The notes under the pieces: generated by a model
Database searches by the model: none
The model's input: only the letters and a program-made list of their open reading frames with translations
Told to the model about the DNA's origin: nothing
IMG/VR virus record: IMGVR_UViG_3300046002_005110
Location: 16,943 to 80,942 of that record
DNA: 64,000 bases
From: a virus
Direction: 5' to 3' (one strand)
Translations under genes and position numbers: made by a program
Shown here: in pieces, positions 1 through 9,189 of the stretch
How positions within the stretch are numbered: position 1 is the first letter of the stretch
Layout: every line of letters starts with the position of its first letter

Positions 1-483
1 TTTTAATTCAACGGCTTCCATAACGTCACTTTCTTCGTCGCCTTCTTCGCTACCAAATTCTTCTTCGCCAGCTTCTTCATCACCACCAAATTCTTGTTCA
101 AATTCGGCCATTAATTGATCAAGTTTGTCTTCAAGATCAACAACCCGATCTTCAAGTTCTTCTTCTTCGTATTCTTCACCTTCTTCGTCACTGTCTAGTT
201 CAACTTCATCGTCAAACTCAACATCGCCATCTTCACCATCAACATCATAGTCACCTTCAATTTCTTCGTCATCTAGGAATTCATCATCTTCCATCATTCC
301 ATCCATGCCTTCTTCTTCAGAAGTAACTTCGTCAACAAAACCACTGGTCATGTCTTCGTTAATCAGTGATTCATAAATATCGCGTGATTTTTCAACTACG
401 ATTTCGTGAAATAATTGTTCCGCTTTCTCATTGTCTTCATTGATAATAAGATCAATAAGTTTTTCAAATTTTGCTGTAGACAT
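1..483 (-). CDS. Acidic prohead core/scaffold-like protein (partial, runs off window start)
   Basis: Not in ORF track; my translation from ATG 483: MSTAKFEKLIDLIINEDNEKAEQLFHEIVVEKSRDIYESLINEDM...EDRVVDLEDKLDQLMAEFE...; very D/E-rich, SD AAGGAG (491-496), TAAATA upstream, downstream of portal as for T4 core genes. Confidence 0.65.
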   Translation of the reverse strand, partial: MSTAKFEKLIDLIINEDNEKAEQLFHEIVVEKSRDIYESLINEDMTSGFVDEVTSEEEGMDGMMEDDEFLDDEEIEGDYDVDGEDGDVEFDDEVELDSDEEGEEYEEEELEDRVVDLEDKLDQLMAEFEQEFGGDEEAGEEEFGSEEGDEESDVMEAVELK

Positions 484-517
484 TTAAAATCTCCTTATGT
501 AAATGGCTTTGTATTAA

Positions 518-524
518 TATTTAG
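518..524 (-). promoter_or_regulatory. Putative gp55-dependent late promoter (CTAAATA)
   Basis: Matches core of T4 late promoter TATAAATA; intergenic, upstream of core gene. Confidence 0.6.
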
Positions 525-533
525 CGAATAGCC

Positions 534-559
534 AAAAAAATAGCGTAATATGTACGCAT
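534..559 (-). terminator. Possible weak intrinsic terminator
   Basis: GCGTA/TACGC stem at 543-557 followed on minus strand by a T7 run (A run 534-540). Confidence 0.35.
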
Positions 560-590
560 TTTATGTGTTTTTTAAATATATAATATAGAT

Positions 591-815
591 TTACAAACCG
601 CCACCTTCGGCTGGTGGAGCACCATATTGTTTTCTGATGTTTTTTAAATCAATCGCTCGTTCATAACTTTGAACTTCGTTCATTTTACGAATCTTGGATA
701 TCATACCAAGTGTTAATTTGGTTTTGCGTGACTCGCCCCATTCTGGTTGAGATTTATCATCTTCAACATCTTGCCAACCTTGAGGCGCGGGGTTATAAAA
801 TTCTGTTAGATACAT
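591..815 (-). CDS. Small head-module hypothetical protein
   Basis: 74 aa ORF between portal and core gene; TAAATA 5 nt before ATG. Confidence 0.7.
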   Translation of the reverse strand: MYLTEFYNPAPQGWQDVEDDKSQPEWGESRKTKLTLGMISKIRKMNEVQSYERAIDLKNIRKQYGAPPAEGGGL

Positions 816-830
816 AATATTATTTATCTT

Positions 831-2600
831 TTATGCCGGTGGGGGAGTTGCCAATGCACCCGGACTGGCAGTTTGATCATTGGCACCAACTGGTGCAGGA
901 ACTTCTGGAGCCATAGCATCTTCTCCTTCAGCATCACTTTCAATATTGTCGGCAGTTTCCAAATCACTATCAATATCACCAGTACTAATACCAACACTAC
1001 GTAAATCAGAACCTTTGGCTTCTTGATCTTCTGGCTCAGATTTCTCTTCTTTCCATAATTTCTGATTTTCTTTGATTTCTTCTTGACTTAATCCCAAGAA
1101 TCTTTCCATGGCAAATCTAATACTCATATATGGTAACGCTGCCATAGTAGTAAATGTTTGAACTCTAGATGTATCCAATTCTGATTGACGATAACTAGCA
1201 AAGTTTTGTGGTGGAGTAAAGTGAATATCAAACAATCCACTATCAATATTAAATCCTCTCCAACGCATAAACAATTTAAACTCTTCATTGAGTTTTTTGC
1301 TCATATAACCTTGTAATCTCTCACAATACTTATTGAATCTAAACTCTTGAATCATAGCGGTACCAACACGACCATCACTTAATGGTGTTGGATTATCTTC
1401 TGGTCCAGTTGGCAAGTAACTACTTGGCACACGTAAACCACGAGCTAATCTGTTGTTGAAGTAACGTAAGTCATCAATCTCACCCAAGTTTTGTCCACCA
1501 GGCATAAGTTCTACACTAGATCCACGTCCATCGGCTGTTACTGGAAAGAAATAATCTTCATTTGTTGACAATGGATTGTAAGTAGCATCAACAATACTTT
1601 GACCACCTTGAATACTTGGAATTCTACGTTGATGAATTTCATCTTTAATACGATTAACAAATGCCATAGCCATATTACTTGGCATGTTACCAACGTCAAT
1701 CTTAAAAATTCTACGTTCTGGTGCTCGTTGAACACGATAGATTAGAACTGCATCTTCTAACAATTCTTTTTGTTTATAAACTTTAAAAATGTTTTCTAGT
1801 ACACTTTGACCAAATGGCCAATAACGATCAAGACCTTCTGTCAATGATAGATGTACTACATGTTTGGCATCAATTGCCATTTCATTAACACCCAAACTAA
1901 AACGTGTACCTGTTGTTCCGTATGGTTCATTTGGTACTGTATATGAATATGGTGCACTGTATCCTGCAGTTGGTGGTTGTGCTTGAAAGTCTGTACTAGT
2001 CTTTTCTGCTACAGTTAAATTTTGTAAATTTGGATTGATATCTTTAACTACATATTGTTCTGGTAATTTACCTGCACTTTCGTTTACGATAACTTTAACT
2101 ACTTTAGTTGGATCAACCCAAAACAATTTGAATGTTTCTGGATCACGTAGAAATACTTGATCACCATATTTTACAGTGTTTCTAAATATTTTGAATGCTC
2201 TGACATCCATTTCATTTAATTTACACCATTGTTGTAATTGTTTACCAATCAACTCTACTTCAGTTTGTGTTGGTTCCCCATTAAAATGAATATCAAATGG
2301 AGTTTTGTTATGTTCATTTAACTGTGTAGAAAATTCACTTAGAATATCTAAACATCCATTGATTTCCGGATCACAATCCATCATTTCATATTGATTATAT
2401 CGTTCAATACGGTTTGGATGTCCGGTATATACTTCTGGTAGACGACTTTGATAGTTTCTAAAGGCAAAATTATTATCCCAACCACCTGTTGGTTTTTGAT
2501 TCATACCTGCGCCGCCATTCCAGGAACCTTCGTTACTGTTGGCGCCTGAAATTGGACTCAGTGATCCGTGTTTATTGGTAAATTTTTTCTTGTATGACAT
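831..2600 (-). CDS. gp20: Portal vertex protein (T4 gp20 family)
   Basis: LLEDAVLIYRVQRAPERRIFKIDVGNMP, EDYFFP, GGQNLGEIDDLRYF, LRVPSSYL motifs characteristic of T4-like portals. Confidence 0.95.
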   Translation of the reverse strand: MSYKKKFTNKHGSLSPISGANSNEGSWNGGAGMNQKPTGGWDNNFAFRNYQSRLPEVYTGHPNRIERYNQYEMMDCDPEINGCLDILSEFSTQLNEHNKTPFDIHFNGEPTQTEVELIGKQLQQWCKLNEMDVRAFKIFRNTVKYGDQVFLRDPETFKLFWVDPTKVVKVIVNESAGKLPEQYVVKDINPNLQNLTVAEKTSTDFQAQPPTAGYSAPYSYTVPNEPYGTTGTRFSLGVNEMAIDAKHVVHLSLTEGLDRYWPFGQSVLENIFKVYKQKELLEDAVLIYRVQRAPERRIFKIDVGNMPSNMAMAFVNRIKDEIHQRRIPSIQGGQSIVDATYNPLSTNEDYFFPVTADGRGSSVELMPGGQNLGEIDDLRYFNNRLARGLRVPSSYLPTGPEDNPTPLSDGRVGTAMIQEFRFNKYCERLQGYMSKKLNEEFKLFMRWRGFNIDSGLFDIHFTPPQNFASYRQSELDTSRVQTFTTMAALPYMSIRFAMERFLGLSQEEIKENQKLWKEEKSEPEDQEAKGSDLRSVGISTGDIDSDLETADNIESDAEGEDAMAPEVPAPVGANDQTASPGALATPPPA

Positions 2601-2620
2601 ATCTCGTTTTCAATGTCTAG

Positions 2621-2628
2621 TATTTATC
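2621..2628 (-). promoter_or_regulatory. Putative late promoter (GATAAATA) for portal
   Basis: T4 late-promoter-like motif in the short intergenic gap upstream of gp20. Confidence 0.6.
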
Positions 2629-2630
2629 TA

Positions 2631-5039
2631 TTAGTTTAGCTTTGCTTCTAAAAACTTCTTTTGATTTTCCATACTAGTATCAGATAAATCTATCAACGTA
2701 TCCATTTTTTCAAATAAATTATTAAACATTTCAGTAATTTTATTAGATGAATTAGTCATCATTGATCCACTACCCAATGATGTTTTGCTTACACTTGACC
2801 CATCACCAATCTTTGATACAGATTCATCTCCGTGTAATTCTGCCAAATAACCACTTTCAGGTCCACTGAAAATACCACCTGTTCTTGCAGTTAAAGATCC
2901 AAGTTCATATCTTCCAGCACTAAAATGCATTGCATCAGATTTATTTGGCCAATCAAGACCCCATCCTAATCCCATTGATTTAGCTGCTTGTCTTGTTCCC
3001 TCTGGCATGTCAGTTATTCTTTGAGATCCCATTGGATTTTCAGCAGGATTTATATCGATTGCAGCGCCTCTAGAGTGATAACTGGGTGTGTTAGTTCCTG
3101 CTATATTTCTATCAGCATACCCACCTAAACTTTTTATCTTATATCCCGAAGCATCAAACCAATCAATTAATCCTTGAAAGTTTTTAGCAAATTCAGTTGC
3201 AACTGATGTACTTTGTCCGGATTTACTTCTAATAGTCGATAATTTTACTCCTCCCGCTTCACCTGCTGATTTTGGTTCTTCGCCAGCTCCAGGTAATCTT
3301 GCACGAGTGGCATTTTCACCACCGGACACTGATGAAGGTGCAAATACACCAACTCCAGCATCTTTTTCCGCCTGTATTCTTTTAGCAGTTGCGATTGCTA
3401 ATTGTTTTTGAGCCTCTTCTAGATTCTTTTTTGCTAGATACACATCACCAGACATAACACCGAGCTTAGTTGTGATAGAATCTACTAATGATCCTCTTAT
3501 ACCTCGATTTTTTCCAGTTTCACCAGATTCAGCATCTTTTAATTTTTTTCTTGCCTCAGATTCTTTTTCTATTGCCTGTCTTTCAGTCTTTTTTGCCGCC
3601 AAATGAGCAGGTAAATCTTCGCCGGCCATTTCATATAATTTTTCAGTTACAACCTCCAAACCGGTTGCCATGTGTTTCATTATTCCAGTTACAAGTTCAC
3701 TACTGGTCGACATTTGTTCTATGTCTCTTCCTGCCTGTTCTAAAGCCTGTTTGGTATCAGCTAATTTTGCATTTTCACTATCTTTATCTGTTATTATCTG
3801 AGCTTGTTTTGCATTTTGTTCCTCCAACAATTTTTGAGTATCTTTATTTGCATGCATTTCAGCATTTGCTTGTTCAATAGAATACTTTCCACGAACAGTT
3901 GCATCACCATATCGTCTAGTTTCTTCAAGCGCCGCTTTTCTAGCAATTCCACTCAATCTATTAATTTCATTACGAGCGACACCAGCTTTCATTTCTCCAT
4001 TTCTAAATTTTGTTAATATTGACGTTACCGCAGATGCTTGATCTCCAAAACTAGCCAACATCTCGGCTGCTTTTGCTCTGCCTGCATCACCAGTAGTCAG
4101 ATATTCTCTCATTCCTTCTTCTGTTAATTTTCCAGATTGAGCGGCTGTTAAATCAAGAAAAGTTTCATAAGTGTCTTTAAGTTTACCAGGAACATCAACC
4201 ATACCTGCTCGCCAAGCCGCATCATTCATTCTGGCTTCTCTTGCGGTTTGTATATCTTTCTTACTTGCGCCAGTAATCTTACTAATAGTATCCAGTTCTT
4301 TTATATAGTTAACTGAACCTTGAATCATTTCATCTATGGTTTTCTTTTGTCCACGACCAGTACGCATCTGTTGATTAAGATAACTCAGTTGCATCTCAGA
4401 AAATTCTTCACTACTAATACCAAGTTTTTGAAAATCTCGTCTTACATCATAACTACTAACTGATATTCTTTCAAATTCTTTTCTACCTTTTGTTGCTGAT
4501 CCTGCAAATAATGCTAAATTTTTACTGTGTTTTGTTAAAATATTTTCGGACTGAGAATAATTAAGTTGCATGGCACGTGCAGCATGTTTCATATCAGTAA
4601 AAGAAGTTACAACTCCACTATCACTTAATTTTTCGAAAGTTTGATATGATTTGTCAAAACTCTCAACCATGAAAGAAGCAACTTCACCAACTCCTTCCGA
4701 AAATCCTTTGAGTGCTTTACCAACAAAAGGTAATCCACCCATAACTTTGCCTATGACTTTGAAACCCAATTTCATGGCATTTGTCAATGGTGCAAAACTT
4801 CCTGAGCTATTAGATAAACTTTTAGCAAATCCTGTTAGACCAGAAATAGATCCAGAAATAGCCTTGGATAATTGCTTCTCAGATTCATTAAGTTCTTTTT
4901 CAATATCAGCACTGGTTTTTAACGAATTATCAAATATGTTATTACTTCTAGTAGTTCTTGCAATACTAGATTCAAAACTTTTTAGTTGTTTTGTGGTTTG
5001 TTCCAATTGATTTCGTAATTCATCTATTTCATTTGACAT
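2631..5039 (-). CDS. Tape-measure-like protein with C-terminal M15-family peptidoglycan peptidase
   Basis: Long helical A/G/K/E-rich body; SYHSRGAAIDIN...WGLDW...DAMHFS zinc peptidase motifs; GGIFSGP..GY..LHGDE tail motif; paralog of 5055-7841. Confidence 0.75.
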   Translation of the reverse strand: MSNEIDELRNQLEQTTKQLKSFESSIARTTRSNNIFDNSLKTSADIEKELNESEKQLSKAISGSISGLTGFAKSLSNSSGSFAPLTNAMKLGFKVIGKVMGGLPFVGKALKGFSEGVGEVASFMVESFDKSYQTFEKLSDSGVVTSFTDMKHAARAMQLNYSQSENILTKHSKNLALFAGSATKGRKEFERISVSSYDVRRDFQKLGISSEEFSEMQLSYLNQQMRTGRGQKKTIDEMIQGSVNYIKELDTISKITGASKKDIQTAREARMNDAAWRAGMVDVPGKLKDTYETFLDLTAAQSGKLTEEGMREYLTTGDAGRAKAAEMLASFGDQASAVTSILTKFRNGEMKAGVARNEINRLSGIARKAALEETRRYGDATVRGKYSIEQANAEMHANKDTQKLLEEQNAKQAQIITDKDSENAKLADTKQALEQAGRDIEQMSTSSELVTGIMKHMATGLEVVTEKLYEMAGEDLPAHLAAKKTERQAIEKESEARKKLKDAESGETGKNRGIRGSLVDSITTKLGVMSGDVYLAKKNLEEAQKQLAIATAKRIQAEKDAGVGVFAPSSVSGGENATRARLPGAGEEPKSAGEAGGVKLSTIRSKSGQSTSVATEFAKNFQGLIDWFDASGYKIKSLGGYADRNIAGTNTPSYHSRGAAIDINPAENPMGSQRITDMPEGTRQAAKSMGLGWGLDWPNKSDAMHFSAGRYELGSLTARTGGIFSGPESGYLAELHGDESVSKIGDGSSVSKTSLGSGSMMTNSSNKITEMFNNLFEKMDTLIDLSDTSMENQKKFLEAKLN

Positions 5040-5054
5040 GTTAATTATTCACTT

Positions 5055-7841
5055 TTATGTTATTCCAATCATTGCAATTGTACGTTGATCGGAAATTTCA
5101 CTTCTAGTCACACTAATCATTTTATCCACTTTTTTAGTCATCATAATTAAAAATTGATTAATTATTTCATTAGAGAACGATTGATTATTAGTACCGTTAA
5201 ATTGTAACTCGGCCGATCCAGAATTTACTGGAGTGACTATTTCATCACCATGTAATATAGCCATGTATCCTGTACTTGGTCCACTGAGAATACCTCCAGT
5301 TCTTGTTTTTGGAAATGTGTTACCTGCAGAAACAGACTCTTGTACTGGTTGATTTTTTATAAAAGATAAATCGGCAGTTTTATCAGATCCCCATTGTCCA
5401 CTTTGCAAATTTCTCATGTAAGCGTCTTTTTTTCTGTCTTCAGTAATACTATTTGGATTTCCAATACTACGAGCAACCTGAGTATATGTGTCAGCGTTTC
5501 CATATACTCTTTTATTGGCTGCCATTCCATCTTTCATCATCATAACGGCAATTTTAGCTGCAATTTTTGGATCATTAGCCAGATCAGGATTACCGACAAG
5601 ATCAATTCCTAATAGTTTTCCATATTTTGCATAATTATCTTTAAAAGTTATTCCTATGAATCCACGACCACGATATTTATATCCATCTCCTGGACTAGTA
5701 TTTCCATATCTACCGCCGTATATAAAATCAAAGAATTGCGCTGGATCTTTTTTTAATTTAGTAAGTTGATCATAAGACATTTTAGCAAACGCTGATCCTT
5801 GACCAAATGATTTTATAATATTTTCATTTGATGTATTTTCATAGGAAATTTCAGATTGTAATCTAAATCCAGATTCTCCTTCAGCGGTTGCGGCCATAGC
5901 GGCGCGAGTATTTGTGTCAGTTACTCCTAAATCATTCATTGCCTGTAATAGTAATTGTTGATTTTGACTTACACTAGTTGATTGAGATCCAGACGGCATT
6001 CCGCTGGTCGGAGTGCTTGATGTTCCTGCAGCATTAGGTGTTCCAGATGATGTTCCAGCAGTATTAGCAGATCCAGATGATGGGGGTGCACCAACTGTTT
6101 TTCCAAATCCTGCTTTTTGATCTTCTTCCTCTCTTATTTTTGATGCATTTTTTATTAGTTCTTCTTGTATCTTTATGTTTTCTCTATCAATCTGTATCTG
6201 TTCTTTAATATTTTTTAAGGCCCTTTCTTTATCAGAAATTAATTTTCTATTTTGTGGTGAATTAGGGTTTTTCTTAAGTTCTTCTAGTTCTTTTTCAAAC
6301 TTGGCCTGTTTTGTTAAATCATTAGTAAGGTCTGCTTGAAACTTTAAGTTTTTATTAATTGCAATACGTTCTTCTTTTCTTGCTGTCAAAAAAGCTGGAA
6401 TTCCTTTATCACCAACTAAACCATATAATTTCTCAACTAAATATTCTATTCCACCAGCAACTTTATTCATTACTGTTGTCATCGTTTTACTACCAGTAGA
6501 TAATTGATCAATATTTCTAGATGTTGCGTACAGTGATCTTCTAGTTCGTGCTAAATTTGCATCAGTGGTACCAGTTTCTGCTAAATCTTTTTTTCTTTTT
6601 TCATTTAGTTCTTCTTGATCTTTTAAAAGTTCAGCCTCTGATTTAAACACAGAATTTTGTGCCGCAATATATGATGCCCCAACAATATTACCATCGCCTA
6701 TATATTTAACTGTATCTCTCGTAGATGATTCATAACGCTTAAGTGATTCTGTAACTTTTGCATAAAACGCATTTATGTCTCCTCCAGCTCTTAATTTTGA
6801 TATTTCGGTCTCTACATCCATTCCGCCAGCTCTAAGAGCATATAATGAAGCCTGTTCTTTTTCACTAACTCCTGTTGCTTCACTGGCAATGGCATCTTGA
6901 ATACCTTCTCCAAAAGCCGGAGAAAGAGCTTTAAGTCTAGGCAACAACATATCTATGTTGCCTCTTATTTTTACATCCAATGGAGCAATACCAGCCATGT
7001 ATCTGGCATCTCTGGTTTGATCCATCATTTGTTCTTGAAGTTCTTTTCTAGTAACACCTGTTATCTTACTTAAGGTATCAAGTTTTTCTATATATTGTAA
7101 AGACCCAGTAGTAAGTTCTTTATCTGTTATTCTTGTTCCTAATGATAATTTTTCCTGTCTGGTGATATAATTTATTTGCATTTCAGCAAAATCTGCAGCA
7201 CTAATTCCTATTTGTTGAAATGATTCTGCTACCGTTTTAGTTTCAAATGCTATATCCTGAAGACGCTTTCTTCCCTCACCTGCCGAACCTCCAAAAACTG
7301 CCAATTCTTTACTATATTTTGATAATACTTTATCAGTATCAGAAAATGTTAAGCCTAAAGTGTTAGCTGATACTTTTAAATCTTCAAACGTTGATATTAC
7401 ACCAGTATCAGCCAACTTTTCAAAATTACCATACGCTTTTGAAAATTGACCAATCATAAACTTAGTTATTTCGGATGCACCCTCAACTACGCCTCCAATA
7501 ATATCACCTACATAAGGTATTGGAATTAGTTGAGCTGCACTACTAATTAGTTTTGCCGAAAGCATGATGGCTTGATTGATACTATCAAAACCCTCTTTAC
7601 TACCACTAGCAGATGTTAGACCGACTGTTAAACGATACATATCCTTAATCGTCGATTCGGCCAATTCAATTGCTTCTTTTTTTATCGCCTGTTGTTTTTT
7701 TAATGACTCGATTGACTTTTTGTTGGCCAAATCGGCAATAGTCAGATTTTTTTCATCTAAAGATAATTGAGACGCAAAACTTCCGAAACCTGTATTAAGG
7801 TCATTAATTTCATCCGAAGTTCCTAAATTATTATCAGCCAT
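5055..7841 (-). CDS. Tape-measure-like protein with C-terminal GH19 (chitinase/lysozyme-like) domain
   Basis: GESGF...YGGRYGN..PGDGYKYRGRGFIGITFKDNY...LVGNPDL GH19 signature; helical N-terminal region; GGILSGPSTGY..LHGDE motif. Confidence 0.8.
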   Translation of the reverse strand: MADNNLGTSDEINDLNTGFGSFASQLSLDEKNLTIADLANKKSIESLKKQQAIKKEAIELAESTIKDMYRLTVGLTSASGSKEGFDSINQAIMLSAKLISSAAQLIPIPYVGDIIGGVVEGASEITKFMIGQFSKAYGNFEKLADTGVISTFEDLKVSANTLGLTFSDTDKVLSKYSKELAVFGGSAGEGRKRLQDIAFETKTVAESFQQIGISAADFAEMQINYITRQEKLSLGTRITDKELTTGSLQYIEKLDTLSKITGVTRKELQEQMMDQTRDARYMAGIAPLDVKIRGNIDMLLPRLKALSPAFGEGIQDAIASEATGVSEKEQASLYALRAGGMDVETEISKLRAGGDINAFYAKVTESLKRYESSTRDTVKYIGDGNIVGASYIAAQNSVFKSEAELLKDQEELNEKRKKDLAETGTTDANLARTRRSLYATSRNIDQLSTGSKTMTTVMNKVAGGIEYLVEKLYGLVGDKGIPAFLTARKEERIAINKNLKFQADLTNDLTKQAKFEKELEELKKNPNSPQNRKLISDKERALKNIKEQIQIDRENIKIQEELIKNASKIREEEDQKAGFGKTVGAPPSSGSANTAGTSSGTPNAAGTSSTPTSGMPSGSQSTSVSQNQQLLLQAMNDLGVTDTNTRAAMAATAEGESGFRLQSEISYENTSNENIIKSFGQGSAFAKMSYDQLTKLKKDPAQFFDFIYGGRYGNTSPGDGYKYRGRGFIGITFKDNYAKYGKLLGIDLVGNPDLANDPKIAAKIAVMMMKDGMAANKRVYGNADTYTQVARSIGNPNSITEDRKKDAYMRNLQSGQWGSDKTADLSFIKNQPVQESVSAGNTFPKTRTGGILSGPSTGYMAILHGDEIVTPVNSGSAELQFNGTNNQSFSNEIINQFLIMMTKKVDKMISVTRSEISDQRTIAMIGIT

Positions 7842-7850
7842 TTTTTCTCA

Positions 7851-7886
7851 CTAAATAGTGAAGACAGTCCACTTACTATTATTTAG
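7851..7886. promoter_or_regulatory. Pair of face-to-face putative late promoters (CTAAATA + at 7851-7857; CTAAATA - at 7880-7886)
   Basis: Both motifs lie in the 79-nt gap between divergent genes, each pointing at its gene. Confidence 0.55.
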
Positions 7887-7920
7887 CCTATTATTTTTAG
7901 CACTTACAAGGAAATCAATT

Positions 7921-8748
7921 ATGTCAGATCAAAACCCATTAAAACAGTATTTTCGTAGACCAAGTATCTATTTCAAACTTCCTAGTATGGGAAAATTTTA
8001 TTCATCTGGAATTGTCAATATTCCAGAAAACGGTGAATTGCCAGTTTATCCAATGACTGCCGTAGATGAAATGACCGTTAGAACTCCAGACGGATTATTC
8101 AACGGTGCAGCAGTTGTTGATTTGATCAAAAGTTGCGTACCAAATATTATTGATCCATGGAAATTAAATAATATTGATTTGGATGCTACTATTATTGCTA
8201 TTAAAGCCGCGGCCGGAGATGGAACACTGGCAATTTCATCACAATGTCCGTCATGTAGTGAAGAAACAGAATACAATATTAACTTAATGCCAATATTAGC
8301 TAATATGAAAAATGTTGATTATGATTCTGTTATGAAAGTTAGAGATTTAGTAATAAAATTCAGACCACTAACATATATAGAAACAAATCAAAATGGATTA
8401 GATCAGTTTAATATTCAAAAAACATTGGCCACTCTTGAAGATTATCAAGATGATGAACAAAAAAGTCAAGTTATGACTAATACTTTAAAACGATTAGGTG
8501 ATTTAGTTGTTAGTATTATTGCATCAACTATTGAATCAATATCTACACCAGAATCAGTAGTAACAGATAAAAATTACATTATTGAGTTTTTAAATAATTG
8601 TGATAAAAATACAAATAATGCCATTAAAGATCGTAGTATACAATTACGTGAACAAAATGAATTGGATCCTATTGATATTAAATGTCCTAGCTGTGCACAT
8701 GAATACAAACAAAAAATTGTATTGAACGTCACTGATTTTTTCGAATAA
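7921..8748 (+). CDS. gp26: Baseplate hub assembly chaperone (T4 gp26-like)
   Basis: NPLKQYFRRP..Y..LPS.G, PMTA.DE, DLD...IAI..A, CPSC twice, ends DFFE; start moved to ATG 7921 (SD AAGGA 7908-7912). Confidence 0.75.
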   Translation: MSDQNPLKQYFRRPSIYFKLPSMGKFYSSGIVNIPENGELPVYPMTAVDEMTVRTPDGLFNGAAVVDLIKSCVPNIIDPWKLNNIDLDATIIAIKAAAGDGTLAISSQCPSCSEETEYNINLMPILANMKNVDYDSVMKVRDLVIKFRPLTYIETNQNGLDQFNIQKTLATLEDYQDDEQKSQVMTNTLKRLGDLVVSIIASTIESISTPESVVTDKNYIIEFLNNCDKNTNNAIKDRSIQLREQNELDPIDIKCPSCAHEYKQKIVLNVTDFFE

Positions 8749-8972
8749 GGCTTCTTCATCTCAATCCGGATGAGATCAAGAAGCTGACAGATGACATGGA
8801 AAAAGAAAGAATGAATATTCCGTTTAATGCTCAAAAACTAGCTTGGTTTATGAGAGGAGGAATTGATTTCAATGACATAATGAACATGAGTCATGCAGAA
8901 ATTGACAATATTAATAAAATCATTGATGAACATATGGAGACTACTAAGAAAACCAAATTACCTTTCTTCTAA
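8742..8972 (+). CDS. gp51-like C-terminal extension, probably reached by -1 frameshift from gp26-like gene (alternative ATG 8796)
   Basis: Open -1 frame RIRLLHLNPDEIKKLTDDMEKERMNIPFNAQKLAWFMRGGIDFNDIMNMSHAEIDNINKIIDEHMETTKKTKLPFF* directly after slippery T TTT TTC (8736-8742). Confidence 0.65.
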   Translation, partial: RIRLLHLNPDEIKKLTDDMEKERMNIPFNAQKLAWFMRGGIDFNDIMNMSHAEIDNINKIIDEHMETTKKTKLPFF

Positions 8973-8979
8973 TATTAAT

Positions 8980-9158
8980 AGATGAACTACGTTCATCTGC
9001 CAGTGACCTATCGGTACACTGGCATTTTTATATCTTGAGATTATATATGTGAAAAGATGTTTTGTGTCACTAAAAGCGAGTGATAACGAGCGATGTGACA
9101 CAATACGGGTTGTTGAGCGTAGCGATACAACCCATTACTTAGATATGCATATAAGTAA
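8980..9158. repeat. Cluster of five inverted repeats; candidate replication origin; hairpin 8998-9024 plus T run may also terminate gp26 transcript
   Basis: Stems 8980-87/8991-98, 8998-9005/9017-24, 9062-70/9095-9103, 9107-13/9127-33, 9135-41/9152-58. Confidence 0.6.
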
Positions 9159-9189
9159 AAACGTTTAAACTCACTGAATAAAGTACAAT

